Source: Amoebidium appalachense (Eukaryota > Protista > Ichthyosporea). From it: a stretch of DNA of 64,000 nucleotides. The position numbers were made by a program, and so were the translations under genes. Shown here piece by piece: positions 32,207 through 64,000 of the stretch. Position 1 is the first letter of the stretch; the number at the start of each line of letters is the position of its first letter. The notes under the pieces are model-generated. The model did not search any database. It saw only the letters and a program-made list of their open reading frames with translations, and was not told the DNA's origin. The stretch is from the NCBI GenBank assembly GCA_963693365.1, contig CAVNZM010000012.1, forward strand, positions 5,012,409 through 5,076,408. The letters are read 5' to 3'.

Positions 32207-32759
32207 ATATAGAATTTACCGTCCTCATCCCCGTGTCCCCCTAAACCGGTGTTAGCTGACCTTTGAGGTTTTTGTGATTGGATTGGCAGTTCTATTACAT
32301 TAAAATGTTCAAAATGTCGTTGTACCAATGATATAGTACTTTGTAAAAAAAATGTCGCCGAATTTCTCTATAAAAAGTGCGTTCCATTCTGGGTTAGGAA
32401 CGAAAACCGTTTTGATACGGGAATCACCTGATCTCTCCCGTCATTCAGCCCAGCGTGTTCACAGTAGACTCTGAAACCACTGGTTTTTTTCTTTTTATTT
32501 CAAAGCCCCGAGTACGTACATCCTCTCGGGCCCAACTTTAGGGCACTATATTTCAATTTTCTCATTATCAAATATATAGTTATTTTAGGCTTTTTCATTA
32601 GTATCTCAAGAATATTTAGCGATTTTGATGTCATAAAAACAACTAAGCAACGTTTCGATGGTTTTTGATGCCTCACAAAATGGCCTTAGGTCCCCCCCAA
32701 ATTCCGGATTTGAGGTTCGGCAAACAACGCATTATATATATAGATAATATATACGGCGC

Positions 32760-33440
<681 letters not shown>

Positions 33441-33781
33441 GAGAGAGAGGCAGAAAGAGCTCCGGATCCGAGAGAGAGAAAAAAATGTGCATTGATCCCA
33501 ATTGCAAAGATCTAATAGAGAGAGAATAGAGAGTCGAAGAGTAGATAGATAATGATCGTGAAAGAGTCTCGGCTGTCTCGGAGTGGATTTAATTAATATA
33601 TATTGTTGGCTTATCTGCAAAACAGGCCATGGTTTCAAAGTGCATCCTTGCAAGTTGCATATGGACGCATGGGAAGAAGCTTATGAGAGCAGCCGACTAG
33701 AATATCGAGAGACCTCTGCGTGGCATTAGCGTTGGAAAGCCAAATATAGCGGAAGATTGGGGGTTGGTGTGTGTGTGTGTG

Positions 33782-33813
<32 letters not shown>

Positions 33814-34168
33814 TGGGGGGGGGGGGGGGGGGGGGGGGGGGAGGTGTTTGAAATCAACATAAAGTTTGCAGTGTACGGCAATAAAAACAAAAATCACGGC
33901 ATACGGTCTCTGGACTTCCACGCAGAGGCACGGTTACGCAATTTTGGGTTCCTGTGTTCATTTATAATGTTTTTGGTATCGATATCTGCAGTGTCATTAG
34001 GCAAATATTCACGGGCATTGCCGAGCACAGCCATCAAGCAGCCCTAATTGTCCTTCATGCAAATATTTCAAGTTTGAATAAAACGATACAAATGAGGATT
34101 GAAAATACATAAATTGTTCGAACACTTTGCATAACTGCTTCTGAACTTCGATTAAACGTGCCGCAACC

Positions 34169-34236
<68 letters not shown>

Positions 34237-34606
34237 CGTGCCGTGTGTGTACGCACGTGTGTGCATGTGTGTATATCTTCATTCATTCTCGATGGCGCAG
34301 AGGCCTCACACAAAACACCAAATGCACGACGTTTCAACCCCTTACCTATATCATTTCACCGCCAACACGAACCAATAAACACACAAAATCACTGGTATGT
34401 ATCATCATAAATAGTAGCAGACGTCTCAACCCACCACAGTGTGACTCATACTAGGTGCTCTATGTACACTATTCAACCCAAAGCAAACACAAAAACACCC
34501 ACTACACATACACTAACACAAACACACACCTAAGTTTCTGCACCACCTCATTCCATTTTTCTTTTTTCCCTTAATTTATTTTTTTTCTCTCGTCAATTTT
34601 TTCCCA

Positions 34607-59465
<24,859 letters not shown>

Positions 59466-60101
59466 AGTTAACGATTGTATATAAGCCTGGATGCTGTGTG
59501 CACGTGTATCTTGTGTGTGGCCCACGGTGGAGCTAAAAGGAGAATTCACCTGGCGGCATGGCAGCTACAGGGAGCATTCATAACGTAAAATGTTTGTGCA
59601 GAGCCTATAATGTGGTTTGTGCACGCACCTAAGCACTTGGATTCTTTCTGAGATGTTGAGAGATGTTCAAAATATGGGTGAGATTGAATTCGGTGAGTCT
59701 CATGAAGCGAGTCTGTGAGTGTATGCAGTGCGCTCAGTTTGGCGCCTTTTTGGCTGGTACATCTAATACGGCAATATAGTTATTTATAAAAGGGATTCAA
59801 AAACTTTAAGAAATAGGAAATGTTTTTTTCAAGATCATGCAAAAATTAATACAATCATCTGGTTGAATTAACATCACGGTAAATTAAGAACAGGTTGCGT
59901 GTACTGAGGAAGGTTTTCTCGCTGGGCCGTGCACAAGGCCAGTGGTAGACAAGCTGTCAAGGACACACACAGTCTAGAGAGAGAGAGAGAGAGAGCCGAG
60001 AGAGGGAAGGGAAAAGCGCAGCAGAAAAGTTCATTCAGAAGAGCGATAATTTTTTTTCATAGGAGATTTGCGGGTGTAGACAAGAGCAGGTGTCGGCCAC
60101 C
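59466..60101. promoter_or_regulatory. Putative bidirectional promoter region between GTF3C3 and the RRM gene
   Basis: Divergent ATGs at 59465 (-) and 60102 (+), an AT-rich core with TATTTATAAA (~59781), a short (GA)n tract and no long G/C homopolymers. Confidence 0.55.
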
Positions 60102-63861
<3,760 letters not shown>

Positions 63862-64000
63862 GTGTGGAAATTAAGTTATACTCTGAAGCATACACACAAG
63901 CACACAATCATTTCAACACACACAATTCAAACAGAACGACACACACAAGCACATACATTGCAGCATACATAAGAACACATTTGGAATCGCGAACATACAC

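Noticed and set aside
59655-59805. B box (ETC-like site) in the GTF3C3 promoter
   Set aside because: GTTCAAAAT and GATTCAAAAAC do not fit the GWTCRANNC consensus.

Overview
Eukaryotic nuclear DNA, not prokaryotic. It is intron-rich and full of poly-G/poly-C, (CA/GT)n, (GA)n and (GCGT)n tracts, so most entries in the ORF track are low-complexity artefacts. Genes I could reconstruct by hand: (1) three tandem minus-strand paralogues, each with one N-terminal C2H2 zinc finger (2246-3574, 17648-19237, 25640-28179; the last is spliced and frameshifted); (2) a ~27-28-exon minus-strand gene for the TPR subunit of TFIIIC (GTF3C3/Tfc4, 34607-59465); (3) a head-to-head plus-strand hnRNP R/Q-like multi-RRM gene starting at 60102 that runs off the window. 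One GTF3C3 intron holds two identical tRNA-Gly(CCC) genes and a decayed third copy. Four other GTF3C3 introns each hold a copy of a structured repeat with compensatory base changes. Intergenic DNA contains heavily decayed Ty3/Gypsy pol relics broken up by homopolymers, plus an array of short palindromes. Homology calls come from recalled family motifs, not database searches.
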